Under the pieces are notes generated by a model. That model ran no database searches. It was not told the origin of the DNA and saw nothing but the letters and a program-made list of their open reading frames with translations. Positions 51,264-64,000 of a stretch of 64,000 bases of DNA are shown here, in pieces. Each line of letters opens with the position of its first letter. Within the stretch, counting starts at the first letter, position 1. The stretch is from Camelus dromedarius (taxonomy: Eukaryota). Location: contig NC_087437.1 of assembly GCF_036321535.1 (NCBI RefSeq), forward strand, positions 21,888,001 through 21,952,000, given 5' to 3'. Both the position numbers and the translations under genes were made by a program.

Positions 51264-54200
51264 ATAGTGGAGCTGGTCTTTGAACCCAGGCAGTCTGGCT
51301 CAAGAAATTACATTCTTAACTATGTATCATGGGGTGTCTCTATTAGGAATAAACAAATAAATGCATTACTTCATTTGTGTAACTTGTGGGGGCTACTCTG
51401 ATGATTTGAGGTCCCAAAGGTGAATTAAAGTCTCCATCTCTAAAGACAGAAAATTATTTGTAATTTTTATCTGACAAGGCTTTCTGTGCCTCTAAACAGC
51501 CTAGTTTTCAAAGTTAAGGGGCAGCTCGGTTGGTGCTGGGTGGGAGGTGGCCAGCTGAGGGCACAAGGCTCGAGGAGAATTAGGGAAGTTTTGGAAGACT
51601 TTCTGTGGACAAAGTCTTATGAAAGACCATATTTTAAGTGAAGAAAGGACATAGTGAGCAGGAATGAGTATTTCCAATGGGAACTAGCCATGCCCCAAAG
51701 GGATTACCATCCAGCTTGAAATGTGTTGGCTTGCAGTCAAGTTCTACACAAACACCACACTTTTATGCCTTATTACAGCCCTGGAAGAGAGGTTGAAAAA
51801 AAAAAAAAAAACATTTATTGAGTCCTTGCTTGCATCAAGCAGTGTGCCAAGGGCCTTTCATCAGTCTTCACCATACCCTTACGAGGCAGGTCTGGCTGTG
51901 ACAACCACCTTCGGAAAGTTCTGGAAACTGCATCACATACCTAGTAAACGGCTCAGTACAATGGCTTGTATTTCAGTACAACTTGCCAATGTCCATTCTT
52001 CTAGTCACTGAGTAATGCCACACGTATACGGCCCTGCACCATGAACCCTCTCACCCTGTGCTATTAGGCATTTCCAGGACATCTCCCTGACTCAAAGCCT
52101 CCCTACCTCGCCAAGCCCTGTTCTGGGACGTGGTTTTCCAATCATTGCTGTCTCTGTGTTCAACCCAACACCTGATCTCTGGTAGGTACCTTAAAATAGT
52201 TTTAATGAATTATGATTTCTTCACAGAAGGTCGGTCGTAGCCCAGAGCTTTTACAAAGTCTGTGTTAGACTCGTCTCAGACCCCATTCATTCATTCCCAG
52301 GAGCAGTAAGCAGTGCCACAAATCTCCACCGGGCTTCCCTGTGTTTCTTATCAGCCTGGTCCATAGAATAGCCCATTTGTGACTAAAAAGTCCCTTCCTC
52401 CACACTTTGGGAAACACTGTTTTATTATATGTTGTGCTCAGGAGCGTCTTGAGGGGGAGGTGGTGAAAGAGAGGTGATATTTAGTGGCAGGGCTTGCGCA
52501 GCTTTGACTGCAACTCCCCACGTCTCTGTGGGTGTTCCATTTATTTTTAGGTATTTATGTTGGTTTTCCAGAGACTTGCCACATTGACTCTTACAATCTA
52601 ACAAATAATATATCTGAAGAAAACATTTCTATTCTCCCAAGTTCCAAGAGTAAGAAATTCAAGAGTACCCCAGAACCACCATTGCCACTGTTGATAAAAA
52701 GTTGCTAAATTATAAGGTGCAGGTGTGTAAGCTGAAGGTCATGGTTGCATTTTTCATAGCATCAAAGATCAACGAGCCACAGAGGTTACACAGAGATTAA
52801 ACTTGACTGTGCAAGGAACAAGGGCGAGCAGCCATCCCCGGGAACATTTTCCAAAACCTAAAAGCAGGACCATGCGAAAGTTTAAAAAAAAGAGAGAGAG
52901 TCTTAGAATTAAGAGCCCTCTAAATGCTTCTCTGGTCTCCAGCATATAGCAGCCAACACATGAGAACATGCTCTGTTGTTTTTGCTTTTGTTTTTTTCTG
53001 TCAATACCTGATGCCTTGTAGGAATTTGCAAATTTATGGAACAATCAAATCTGCCCATAATTTCACATCATAAATTAAACTCTGGAGATGCGAAAGGAAT
53101 GTGAAAATAATTCCACCAGTCTTTTTGAAAACAAATTCTTCCCAATCATTTCTGGGTGTTCTACTTCTGTCAAATGCTTTCTCATTACACTGCTTTTTAA
53201 TAGAGGGGTTTTAAATATGTTATCTTTGCGCTCTATTATTATAGCAATGTTTCAGGAAAAAATGACTTTTTTTGTCATTAGTGTATTACTAAAGAGATCT
53301 CGTTCAGGAAAAAAAGAAACACGCAATGAAGGCTTCATTTTCATGGTTTCTCATTTTCTTCTCTAGTCATTAAGCCCTTTCTAAGGGTGCCTTAGCCCAG
53401 CACTAAAAACACAAGCAGTACAAGTAAGTACATTAATAAAACATCAAGTTTTCAATCAATAAAAACATAGTCGATTTCCATGTGAGAGAGCAAAGAAAAA
53501 CAAAACAAAAACAAACAACAGAGGCCCTTAAAAGCAAACAGGAAACTAAACAAATTTAGAAAAATTTAAGTGAGGCCCCAGTGGGAAAACGTCACCTACT
53601 TGCTTATTTATTTAGGATTTATATTCTCCCTGCTTCCCACAAGGATTTAAGGCAGCAAGGAAAATGTTTTAATTCTTCCAGTATCTTATCAGTTGAAACC
53701 TAGTTGGGACAGTTTAAGTATCATAAGAATCAGTTTCTGAATTAGACTCCCTTCACTAAAAAACAAATAAAAAACAGCTATAGTGTTCTTTTCCCATTTA
53801 CACAGTCCTCAAGCGTGGGTATGTAGACATTCTCTGTTAATTACACTCATCTTTACTAAGGAATCAGATGTAAATAATATGAAGTCAGGTATTGGGTTAA
53901 ATTACTATTCAGGCAGCTGAAATAACGAAGCCTAGTCCAACAAATGTGTATGTACACCTTAAAAACCCATAGTTAAGGAATTTAAGTCTCCATATAATTT
54001 TAAATCCTATGTGTAGCTTAAAGCCAGGAATTATGTGTGTAAGGCCAAAATTCCATTCCCCTATCTATCCTGCTGTGTTAATGCCAGGCAAATAATACAG
54101 TAGTTTTAGAACACTTTGCCATACTCTTTGGTATAATTAAGTGATTTAAATGTTGACTTCCCGTCTAAATTCACTATTTGTTTTCTCAAATTACATACCT

Positions 54201-54900
54201 AGCACTAACCTTACTGGAGCATCACTATAAGCTTCAATTTTCACACAACCCCATGCCCCACCACCACTGACTTTCCTTTTCATGAAGCCATTTGAAGGTT
54301 ATTGGGAAGACATAAATCCCAATCACCTTTTTAATGTATCATTTCTTTAAATGTGAACGCCATTTACATTTAATCAGGCTTTTGGTGGATGGATTCAGTA
54401 TGACGACTTTAACATACATTAGCAACAAACTCACCCCCAAGGCAATCGTATAGGAATGCCTTTACATAATTGTCTATTAGGTGTATTTGGAAATATCAAG
54501 GTGTGTGTTGTAAAACAGCCCTGTGCTGTTAAATGAAGGACCCAGTAACAATCTGTTAAGTCTTAGAGTAGCACAGATATAAAATGGGTCATACCATCTT
54601 TTACACCACATGAGGTAATCACTATTTTCATTTAATAATCTTCGATAATTTTTAAAATGTCAATAAGCCTTATTCCACATTATCAATACTTAAAACTACT
54701 TAACAGTGAGCAGCATAATTATTTACACAACATAATTGCTACTGATTTTCTGGTCTAACTACTCCCTAGCAGATTATAAGCTCCCTAAGGACAGAAACTG
54801 TGCCTTGCCCCTTTTTACCCTCAGGGCTCAAACCAATGCTTGGTATACAGCAGATGCTCAATAAGCACTGAGTGAATATTTATTTGCTAAATAGGTGCAT

Positions 54901-55052
54901 AAGGGGAAAGGGTATAGCTCAGTGGTAGAGTGCCTGCCCAGCATGCACAAGATTCTGGGTTCAATCCCCAGTACCTCTGTTTATAAAAAATAAGTAAATA
55001 AATAAATAAACCTAATTACCCCCACTAAAGAAAAGTAAAAAAAAAAAAAAAG
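54901..55052 (+). mobile_element. tRNA-derived SINE, vic-1-like
   Basis: A and B boxes, poly(A) tail, TSD ataggtgcat at 54891-54900 and 55053-55062. Confidence 0.9.
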
Positions 55053-56805
55053 ATAGGTGCATGATGGTGCATTTCTGTCACCCAATCTTTTCACTCCATT
55101 TGCAGGGATGATGGTATCAGGCAGCATACAAGTTCTTTAGGCCTCAGCTTCCCCATTTGCGAAAAGGACATCCGAACATGTATCCGCTGACATCACAGAA
55201 TTGGATGTACATGAGACAGAATGATAACTATATTTTTGAAGGGATGCTGAAAACCATGTTATTATTCTGGATCTGCAACTATATAATAACTGGTATATTT
55301 AATTCCAGCTGATTAGAAAACAGTGAGTAGTTATCAAAGTGACAGTATGTGAATAACCTGGAGAACTGAAGATCGTCTACATATGACAAGTTATGCTTTT
55401 CTCCTTTTGCATGAATTAGTTAAATAAGGAAAAATTTACCACAAACTCTCAGCTTAAATGGGATTGCTATAATCATGCTCCCACTTCTGGCCTGGGTCTG
55501 TGACTTTCTGATCTTCCCACATTAACACTTCAAAGTTAAAGGAAACTCTGATACCACATTTTAAACTGCTCAAACGTTTGCTGGATTTTCCCAAACCAGA
55601 TTTCTGCCGAAAATAATAACTGATCTGCTCTCTAATTTCACTACCTTGAAACCTTTTTTGAAAATAAAGCAGCAATATAAATAATAAATAAACACCTTGT
55701 AATTTCGATGATGATTTATAACAACAGGACCACACACATGAATTATCCCATTTGTAGAGACTGTTCTGTAAATTATGCTCAGGCTTTAAGTCTAAGAACA
55801 AAATCCTCCTCACTGACATCTGCACACCAATGGCTGGTCCTGTTCGATAATAACAGCAATTCAGAGGCAATATTTAGTTTTAACTTCAGGAACCAATTTA
55901 AAATAACAATTCCTACATACCTATTCGAGGAGAGTTCCCAGAAAGTTCTAGGCTTCAAGTTTCCTCTAATTTGCATAGCTGCTATAAACAGAAGTTCAGC
56001 TGGTTCCACTTAGCTGGCCGTACCCTAGGCAGCCCAAGTCAGACTCTGACGGCGTTGCTTTCACAAGGTATTATTTTGCTACTGATGCCTCTTTTTCTTT
56101 TTAAATTGTGTCAAATCATCAATGTGAATCTCTAATTCTACTATGGAATTATAAAATGAACAAGTTATGGATGAAAAGCTCAAGGAATAGAAGTACTGGT
56201 GACTTGCCAAGTTTGCAATAAGTTTCATTTCCTGTTGCCTGGCTTGACACAGGAGAGTTCCTAGTTCTCATCCTTCAGTTAGGGTGACTTTTGCCTCAAC
56301 CCCATCATGTTGTCCTTCCAAGCCTGCTTAGAAGACCAGCCACCATTTTCCAAAGAATAATACATCCAGTAGCTGTCAAATTAGACTTAACTCCTGCCCA
56401 CCCCGAGCGTAGGCAGACTAAGCAGTTTATCCTGATGCCCCTTAGGTGACAGTCCCGAAAATCAGCTCTTACAGGAAACTAAGAAACCCTCAACTGCATC
56501 ACTGATTACAAAATACTTAACAATTTCTTGACCCTCAAATTCTCTGACCTGAACTCATACATTTTTGAGCACACTCAGCAAAATTAACTAGTAAGACCTA
56601 AGACCAGCTGAGGTCACCAAGAGTCAGTGGCTGCAAAGATAAAGCTGAGTCGACAGGCTCGAGTTCCAGTCACAGCTTCAACTCCACGCAGAACAAGCGT
56701 GAGCTTCCCCGTTTGCAAAGCAGGAGTACACATAAGCAGCGTGGAGCACCTGCGTCCTCAACAGGCCTTTACATGAGCGAGATTAACCTCATGATTTTTC
56801 TAGAA

Positions 56806-57044
56806 CAGCACTGTCCGAAGGAACTTCTTGCGAGAATGGAAATATTCATATTACATTATAATATATTATATGGATATTATATATATATATATATATCCGA
56901 TATGGTGGCCACTATCTACATGTGGACACTGAGCATTTGGCATATGGCCAGTGAGACTGAAGAACTGGATTTTTAATTTTCAACTTAATTTTGATCAGTT
57001 TAAATTTAAATAGCCAACGTTGATAGTGTGTTTAGACAGTGCAG
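56806..57044. mobile_element. MER3-like hAT MITE with internal (AT)n
   Basis: cagcactgtcc...atatggtggccact...gtgagactgaagaactggatttttaattt...gacagtgcag. Confidence 0.72.
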
Positions 57045-58189
57045 CTGTCCAAGAAATAGCAATGAAAATGTTAAAGTACTGTAATTTAAGGACACATCCA
57101 AATTTAAATCTCGATGTCCGTTCTCTATCAGAAAGTCTCCTACGAAGGGCTGGAAAGTTTGGTGGTAACAACTAGCCTTCTCCTTTCTAGCACTGAACTG
57201 ATGTTAACATCGGACTCTCCCCAGTCCCTCCCACGAGATAGACACAGTTCGATGAAGACAATTTGGTGATGAAAGCCACCTTGCTGGGACACATCTCCAG
57301 CCCGGAAGAACGGACTGCGAGGCGGATGAGCAGTGAGAGGCAGGGTGTTTCTAGGTATAGGAACTTGAGTTTGAGGGCTACTCTGAAACTCTTCCATCTA
57401 GAGGGGCCTCTATGATAATGAATTACCAGTGGGAATGCTATTCTTGGTTTACTGATGGCGGGAGCTGGAAAATGGACAGGATCCACGGGCTTCAGGAAAG
57501 CCTTTAAGAGACTGCGTTGGATGAGGCCACAGCAGGGCACAGCCCTGCCTGGAGCAGCTGTCAAGAAAGTCCAGAGCCCAGTGCATCCGGCCTCTCGCCT
57601 GGTGCCATGACACCCGAGCTGCATTCAGAACTCCTAAGACAACTGCTTTAGGCAGAAGAGTCCACATTTCTTCATCTCCTTTGTTACCCCCTTGTCCATC
57701 CTACCATCTTCTCACCCCTGGGTACCACGGAGCTTCCCAATAGGCCTCCCTGCTTCCACTCTTAATTCCCCACAATTCATCTTCCACAAGGCAGCCGGGA
57801 TGATCTTTTAAAATCAGGTAATCTCACTCCTTTGCTTAAGATTCTCCAGTGGCTTCCTACTCAAAATAAAATTCAAACTCTTCTCTGTGGCCCACAGGAC
57901 GCTGCTCATCTTTTTTCCACTTCTCCTCCCATCCCCCCACTTGCTTATGCTGTTCCAGCCACACTGACCTCCTGGCTGCTCTTCATACAATCAAACTTCT
58001 TTACACTTCAGGGCCTTTGCACTTTCTGGTCCCACTGCCTAAAATGCTCTTCCCCAGACTTTCACTTGGCTGACTCCTTGTCATTCAGGCCTCAGCTTAA
58101 ATGTCACCTCCTCAGAGTGGCCTTTCCTGACCACCTCATCCACAGCTACTTCTATCCACTGCTATGTTATGGTTTCAGGGTATTTTTTT

Positions 58190-59260
58190 TTTTTTTACAA
58201 ATTTCTTAAGGTATATTTAACATATTATAAAACTCTCCCATTGTAAGCGCACAACTGGATGATTTCTAGTGAGTATACCAAGTTGTACAACCAGCACCAT
58301 AGGTCAGTTTTAGACCATTTCCATCCTTTCAAGATCCCTAGTGACCATGAACTTGTTAATCCCCATACCTAGCCCCTGCCCCACAACCACTAATCTACCT
58401 TGTCTCTATAGATTTGCCTTTTCTGAATATTTTGTGTAAGGGAATGATACTATTATTATATAATATCCCACCTCTGTGTTTTATTTTTAAAATACTTTAT
58501 TGTGATAAAATATACATAAAATTTCCCACTTTTGCCATTTTTAAGTGTACAATTCAGTGTCATTAAGTACATTCACATTGTTGTGCAACCATCGCCACAA
58601 TCCATCTCCAGAACATTCTCATATTTCCCAACGGAAACTGTGTCCATTTCATACTAATTCCCATTCCTCTACCCTCACCAGCCTCTAGAAACTACCATTC
58701 TACTTTCTGTCTCTCTGATTTTGACTACTCTAGGTGCCCCATGTTGGTAGAATCAGACAATATTTGTCCTTCTGTGGACTGGCTTATTTCATTTGGCATA
58801 ACGTCTTCAAGGTTCATCCATGTTGTAGAATGTGTCAGAATTTCCTTACTTTTTAAAGCTGAATAATGTTCCTTTGTATACCACATTTCCCTCTCTTTTT
58901 CTTTTGGTATATCACATTTTGTTTGTCCATTCATCTGTGGATAGACACTTGGGTTGCTTCCACCTTTTGGCTATTGTGAATAATGCTGCCATGAATGTGG
59001 ACACACAAAAATCTGATCAAATCCCAGCTTTCACTTCTTTTGAGTATATATCCAGAAGCCGAATTTCTGGGTAATATGGAAATTCTATGTTTAATTTCTT
59101 GAGAAAGTGTCATACTGTTTTCTGCAGCAGCTGCACCATTTTACTCTTTCCAGCAATGCACGAGGGTTCTAATTATTCCACATCTTTGTCAACAGGTGTT
59201 ATTTTCTGGGTTGTTGTTTTTTATAGTAGCTATCGTAATGGATACAAAGTGGCATTGATT
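58190..59260 (-). mobile_element. Two adjacent or nested L1M 3' fragments inserted in an L2
   Basis: Two L1 3'-end motif sets (about 58200-58450 and 58490-59260); L2 sequence on both sides (57660-58170 and 59290-59440). Confidence 0.72.
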
Positions 59261-60722
59261 TTTATTTTCAGAAATCATTTATCACTACTTGATATTTCCT
59301 TGATTACTCACTTGTTTAAACATTAATTGCCTGTCCCTCCAAACTAGAACGCTAGTTGCATGAGAGCAAAGAGCTTGGCTGCCTTGTTCACCATAACTCC
59401 AATAGCACCCAACACCCAGTGCATGTGTGTTGAATGAATAACAGATCTTAAGGCTACAAGCTTCTACAAGCTTTAACTCTACCAGTTTTCCTCCTTTTAT
59501 CAACCAGAGGGTCTCCAGGAGCTGGGGAGCTCCCTTCTGCTACTAACAAACCATGAAGAACTGGGTAGATTTTTACCAGCGATTCAGTGTTATTCCTTGT
59601 AAAATACAAAGGAATGACTATATTGTCAAACTGAGACCTTGAGAGCACCCAGGGCCTTTGTGAACATTCTGCTGAGGCTACAATTATAACCAGGAGAATG
59701 TGCTGGGCTCCTCTGGAAGTTCTTGGGAGCTACTCATATGCAAACATAAAAGAGGCAGCCCCTTGAAATAGAATCAACTTAACCGGCTAAGAGTGAGAAC
59801 CATAAAGCTTCTCACTAGAAAAGCAAATTATGCAGTCCTTTCTTCTGCATTGCCTATGCTTTCTAAAAATACATATTTTTCAAAAAAGGCTGGCATCTGT
59901 TACTCAACTTTTGAGCATGAGGTCAGGCATCCTGGGCAAACCACAAATAAATATGTCACAGAGACTGCTTGTCGTCTGCTTGTTTTCCCTTCTTTCCACA
60001 GTTGATAGAAGACTTTTATTCAAAAGGAGACTTCTGAATTTTAGCGGAGCACAAGGATTGCGGACATGAAACCTTCACTTCAGGGCTTCTTTGTAGCTAG
60101 AAGTGGCCATGTAACTAACAACCAGCCAATGAAACCAACATCGAGATGCATGTAATTCTGTACAACGTCCTTAAAGGGAGGATTTATGCCCTTCTTGTCT
60201 TCCTGTTTGTTGGCTAGAACATGAACCTGATGGCTGGAACTTGTGCACACATCTGAGTGGATAGTGAGTGCCTAGTGGTCTGAAGATGCCACACCAACCT
60301 TGGGTTGCCTACCTCCAGATTCCTTCACTGGAGAGAGAACCAAGCTTCTGTCTGAGCCATTGTTACTCTGGATCTCTGTCACTAGGAGCCCACCTAGTCC
60401 CAACTCACACAGAACCTCTCCAGTGAGAGCACAGGAGAACCCAAGCACAGAAGTAAGTTTTCCTAGATATACATGACATAATTGATTGTTCCATGAAAGT
60501 CTGAGTCACTTTAAGTTGATGCCGAGCCCAGTTTAGCCGATGTAAGGAGGCGGCAGTGAGCTGCCATATTGCTTGCAGGTCAGAAGGAAAGACAAGTCAA
60601 TACCAGCAACAATGGTTAACAGTGGTAGCTAATGTTTAGTGAGCACTTATTATATTCCAGGCGTTCAGCTAAAGGCTGTAATATGTACTATCTCACTTTA
60701 TCTTCACAACAATCCTGAGATC

Positions 60723-60842
60723 TGGGAAGGGAGGTATAGCTCACTGGTAGAGCTCATGCTTAGCATGCACGACGTCCTGGATTCAATCCCTAGTACCTCC
60801 ATTAAAGAAAATAAAGTTAAAAAAAAAAAAAAAAAGCAAAAA
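60723..60842 (+). mobile_element. tRNA-derived SINE, vic-1-like short-tail form, inserted in a MIR relic
   Basis: ggtatagctcactggtagag...ggattcaatccc, poly(A) tail, imperfect TSD a(a/g)tcctgag. Confidence 0.88.
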
Positions 60843-62498
60843 AGTCCTGAGTTTTAAGGAAGATAAATCCTGGTCGCCCAACTTATGAGTGATGGAATGA
60901 GTGCCCACTGGCCTCACCTTTCCATTGTATTTATACGGAAGCATCATTACATTTCCCCCCCCCCCCACATAAGAATGGGGTAGTCAGGACTCTCCCAGGG
61001 CACACCTTTCTTCTCTCAAGGAAAACTTTCACTGGACACCCTCCCTCTTATCAAAGTTTGTTTCCACACTAACAACGCCCACAATACCCAAAACACTTGG
61101 CTAACCATGAATTTCCACTTGTTAGGCACATGATGGCTCTCAGTCGTGAATTTCCTCGGATCATTTTTATAGCCATTTCATTACAATGGAAACACAACTA
61201 TAATATGAAAAACAAGTTACATGTATATTTCAGAGCCTGATTTCACATTTATGCTAATACCAAGATTTCAAAGCTATTTTTTATGACCCATCTTCTCCTG
61301 GCCCCACGTGTTACAATATCATAACGAAATACTATGCAATGTGATATATCAATTCATCAGACAGCTGATTATTTTCTAGGAGACCATCAATGCCTCTAGG
61401 AGCCAGGTTTTACATCAAGGAGGGAAACCCCTCCTCTCTGGCTGTCAGATGACTTTCCTGGTGGGAAGGCCTCATTGGTAAAATAGGTTTCACTTGACAG
61501 AAAGCTGGGACTTACCAAATGTTTGATCAAGTCCAATTTATATCATTGTTCTGGGCCTCAGCTTCTTCATCTATAAAATGGGGATAATACTACTACTTTC
61601 TAACAGTGATTTCAAAGATTCAGTGAAATCATGCTTGTTAACTACTTGAGACAGTACCTGGCACACAGTAAGTGCCCAATAAGAGGCACCTACTTTTACA
61701 AATCATTAATTCATGGGTGGCACAATCTGGATGAAGCTTTCAGGGAACCAGTGTGTTCAATCACCAACTTCCCAACAATAAAGAAATGAAGAAGATAACA
61801 GTTGCTACAATGCTAAGTGGAAAGCAAACTCAGTCTAGCTGACTTACTCCAGATCTTTTTTTTTTTAAAGCTGGCTGTCTCTAAATCTGACTTCTTATCT
61901 TGACTCCACATAATCCATGCCATTACTAACCAGCATGGCTATTTTATTCGTTTCTGTTTGATATTTAGACTTTTCTCCCCTAAGTTATTATTTTCTATTC
62001 TTAGATTGCTTTTGGTGGTGGTTTTAAGTCAGGGACACTAAGTGGTATATTTTTTCTTTTTCTTTTCCCACTTTTTCCCCCTAATGGATATAAAGTAGTC
62101 AGAGGTGATCATTACCTTTGATCTTCTATCTCCCACTGGGAGACATATATGCAAGGCACAGGCAGCAAATAGCTTCTAAGTCTTTCAGGGCAGGCCTTTG
62201 CCTGAAAATAGCTTTATTCTGAATCCATGAAACTCAACTGAGTCACACTAGGTTTTCAGAAACACATCTGCTTTAAGAATTTATCCCTCCAAGCATTATC
62301 TTGAGCCCTTTCTAATCGCTAATGCAGGACACCATTAGTTCTATTAAAAACCTCCCAAATAGTTGAGGTAAATTCAACATTTCACTATTTCAGACATTTG
62401 CCCCCAACCCGAATTCTGACACCAGAGGGAAAAAGCAGCAGCCTTCCACTGTTTCCAATATTCACTTCTAGGAGAATACCCTTTTTAAAAATGCTTAC

Positions 62499-62607
62499 TG
62501 TGATTTTCCAAGTACATTTGCTATTTGGAGGGTACACTCCAGGAAAACCTTCGCTGCCAATAAATCCAGACTCTCCAGTAAAAATGCCGCCACATGTGAA
62601 AACAGGT
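62499..62607 (-). CDS. PCOLCE2: PCOLCE2 exon 2: start of CUB1, (R)[36 protein letters not shown]
   Basis: Acceptor ttttcccag|A, donor ACA|GTAAGC, 109 nt; CUB-domain motifs. Confidence 0.97.
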
Positions 62608-63179
62608 CTGGGAAAATAAAAGGAAAGGAAATTTAATCTGGATAAAGTTAATATTGATTATTAAGTGCCTGCAATAATATAAGGGATTTTAAATACTTGC
62701 TGGCTCTTAGAATATTTAAATTACAGCCTGATGAAATATTCAGCCCAGCTGCCATCTGTCTCCAGCATAATAACACAAGATCCGTCTATCCATTTAACCA
62801 ACCATTCATCCATTCATCCATCCATATGCAATCAAGTCCTCCAGGTAGTGGTATGCAACTTACAAGCAAATGGTAAACGGAAAATTTAACTGAGGGTGGG
62901 GGTGGGAGGTGAGGGGTTGTAAGAGAGAAGGTGAGAGCTAGGCTCTGTGGGGTCCATGGTTTTAAAGATAGACAATTAATTGGCTAATACAAAAAAAAAG
63001 TTTTAATGTCCTAGAGTTGAAGAGATGCTTAATTTTCCCCTTTTCTTAAAATCGTTGGCCACTGGCAGAGCCTCGCATTGAAAATGGAGGTTGACAGTGA
63101 TGGGGGTGGAAGAGGAGATACCAAAGTTGGCCATCGAGTGGGTCCCCCAGCCCAGGTTCTGGGGCCATCCGGCAGCTAG

Positions 63180-64000
63180 GAGGTGGGCAAAGAGTTAACT
63201 TTCCGACGGTGGCTCCCCGGGCGCCCGGGCGCCCGCGCGACTCGAGTTTTTCCCTAGGCTTACGTTTCTGAGCAAAGCCTCTCCAGGGAGGAAAACAGAA
63301 GTAAACCAAAGTTCACATATTTGAGCCCCAGTGCTTCCCTCGCCTGCATAAACCTTCGGGGAGAGGAGACGCAGGGCAGGTTAAGGCTCCACCACGTGGT
63401 GGCGGGCCGGCGGAGCCAGCGGCGCAAAAGGGAGCCCCGCGGACAGGCGCCGTCTTGAGGTCCCGGTCGCTCGTGGGTTCCCCGACGCCCCGAAGCGGAC
63501 TGAGTAAAGCAAAAGCAGCCGGCGAGGGAAAGGGAGGAAGGGAGGGAGCGATGGAGGGGGATGCGTTACCTCTCCTGGGGCTGCGGCTGCGGCTGCGGCT
63601 GCGGCCGCGAGGGCTGGACGGCCGCGGCCAGCAGCAGGCAGAGCGGGGCCCAGGCGCCCGCGCCCCTCATGGCGGGTGGAGACGCTCGGGGCTCGCCCCC
63701 GGCCCCCGGCGCGCAGCCCGGAGCACGCGCGCTCCGCAGCGCCCAGGCTCACGCCCGGCGCGCCCGCACCCCGGCTCGCCCTCTCCCGCTCTCTCGCGCG
63801 CGCACCGCCGCGGGGCAGCCCAGGTACCCGGTGTGCGCGGCAAGCGGGGCCCGGGCGCTTTTCTAGGCGATCACGGTGCAGTCTGCCTCGCCGCTCAATT
63901 TCCCCCGAGGAGTTGCTCTGGCAGCCACAGGCCACTGCTGAATATCCCGTTTGTTCTCCGGCGACGAGAGGGGGCGGCTCCCAGGCGGGAGCCGCCTCCT
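63180..64000. promoter_or_regulatory. CpG island covering the PCOLCE2 promoter, 5' UTR, exon 1 and start of intron 1
   Basis: Very high GC and CpG density against a CpG-depleted background; contains the start codon. The exact transcription start cannot be determined. Confidence 0.9.
63570..63670 (-). CDS. PCOLCE2: PCOLCE2 coding exon 1: signal peptide, MRGAGAWAPLCLLLAAAVQPSRPQPQPQPQPQE(R)
   Basis: ATG at 63670-63668 in GCC-ATG context inside a CpG island. Translation matches the recalled PCOLCE2 N-terminus (MRGANAWAPLCLLLAAA...). Donor AG|GTAACG, 101 nt, phase 2 matches exon 2. Confidence 0.95.

Noticed and set aside
7714..60842. SINE strand bias, 7 of 9 antisense to PCOLCE2
   Set aside because: Not significant with nine copies (two-sided binomial p about 0.18).
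63858..63865. TAGAAAAG (minus strand) as a TATA-like box
   Set aside because: Non-consensus, and the transcription start is unknown, so it cannot be supported.
63381..63935. 184-aa and 101-aa ORFs over the CpG island
   Set aside because: GC-rich DNA is poor in stop codons; the real frame starts at ATG 63670 and is spliced.
1..64000. CRISPR array, operon or other prokaryote-type system
   Set aside because: No regularly spaced direct repeats or dense long ORFs; the window is explained by one spliced mammalian gene plus interspersed repeats.

Overview
Mammalian genomic DNA, most likely a camelid (alpaca/llama/camel), judged from nine copies of a tRNA-derived SINE resembling the Camelidae vic-1 family. 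Almost the whole window is the PCOLCE2 gene (procollagen C-endopeptidase enhancer 2; signal peptide-CUB1-CUB2-linker-NTR) on the minus strand. There is a CpG-island promoter at the right end and eight coding exons (101, 109, 256, 125, 137, 155, 84 and 168 nt). All have GT-AG boundaries and matching phases, giving 1135 nt of uninterrupted frame. The last exon lies left of position 1. The introns hold a complete processed pseudogene of MRPL50 (poly(A) remnant, 14-bp target-site duplication, one frameshift), ERV1-type and MaLR/ERVL solo LTRs, L1/L2/MIR relics, hAT-type MITEs and microsatellites. I found no CRISPR array, RNA gene or clearly new multi-gene system. Best second-look items: a (Pro-Gln)5 coding repeat at the signal-peptide/mature-protein junction; an LTR that appears extended 5' past a relic polypurine tract, next to a short-form relative; the sense-oriented MRPL50 retrocopy ending inside an antisense L1 fragment; and a very CpG-rich exon 5. 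Repeat family names and human comparisons are from memory, not database searches.
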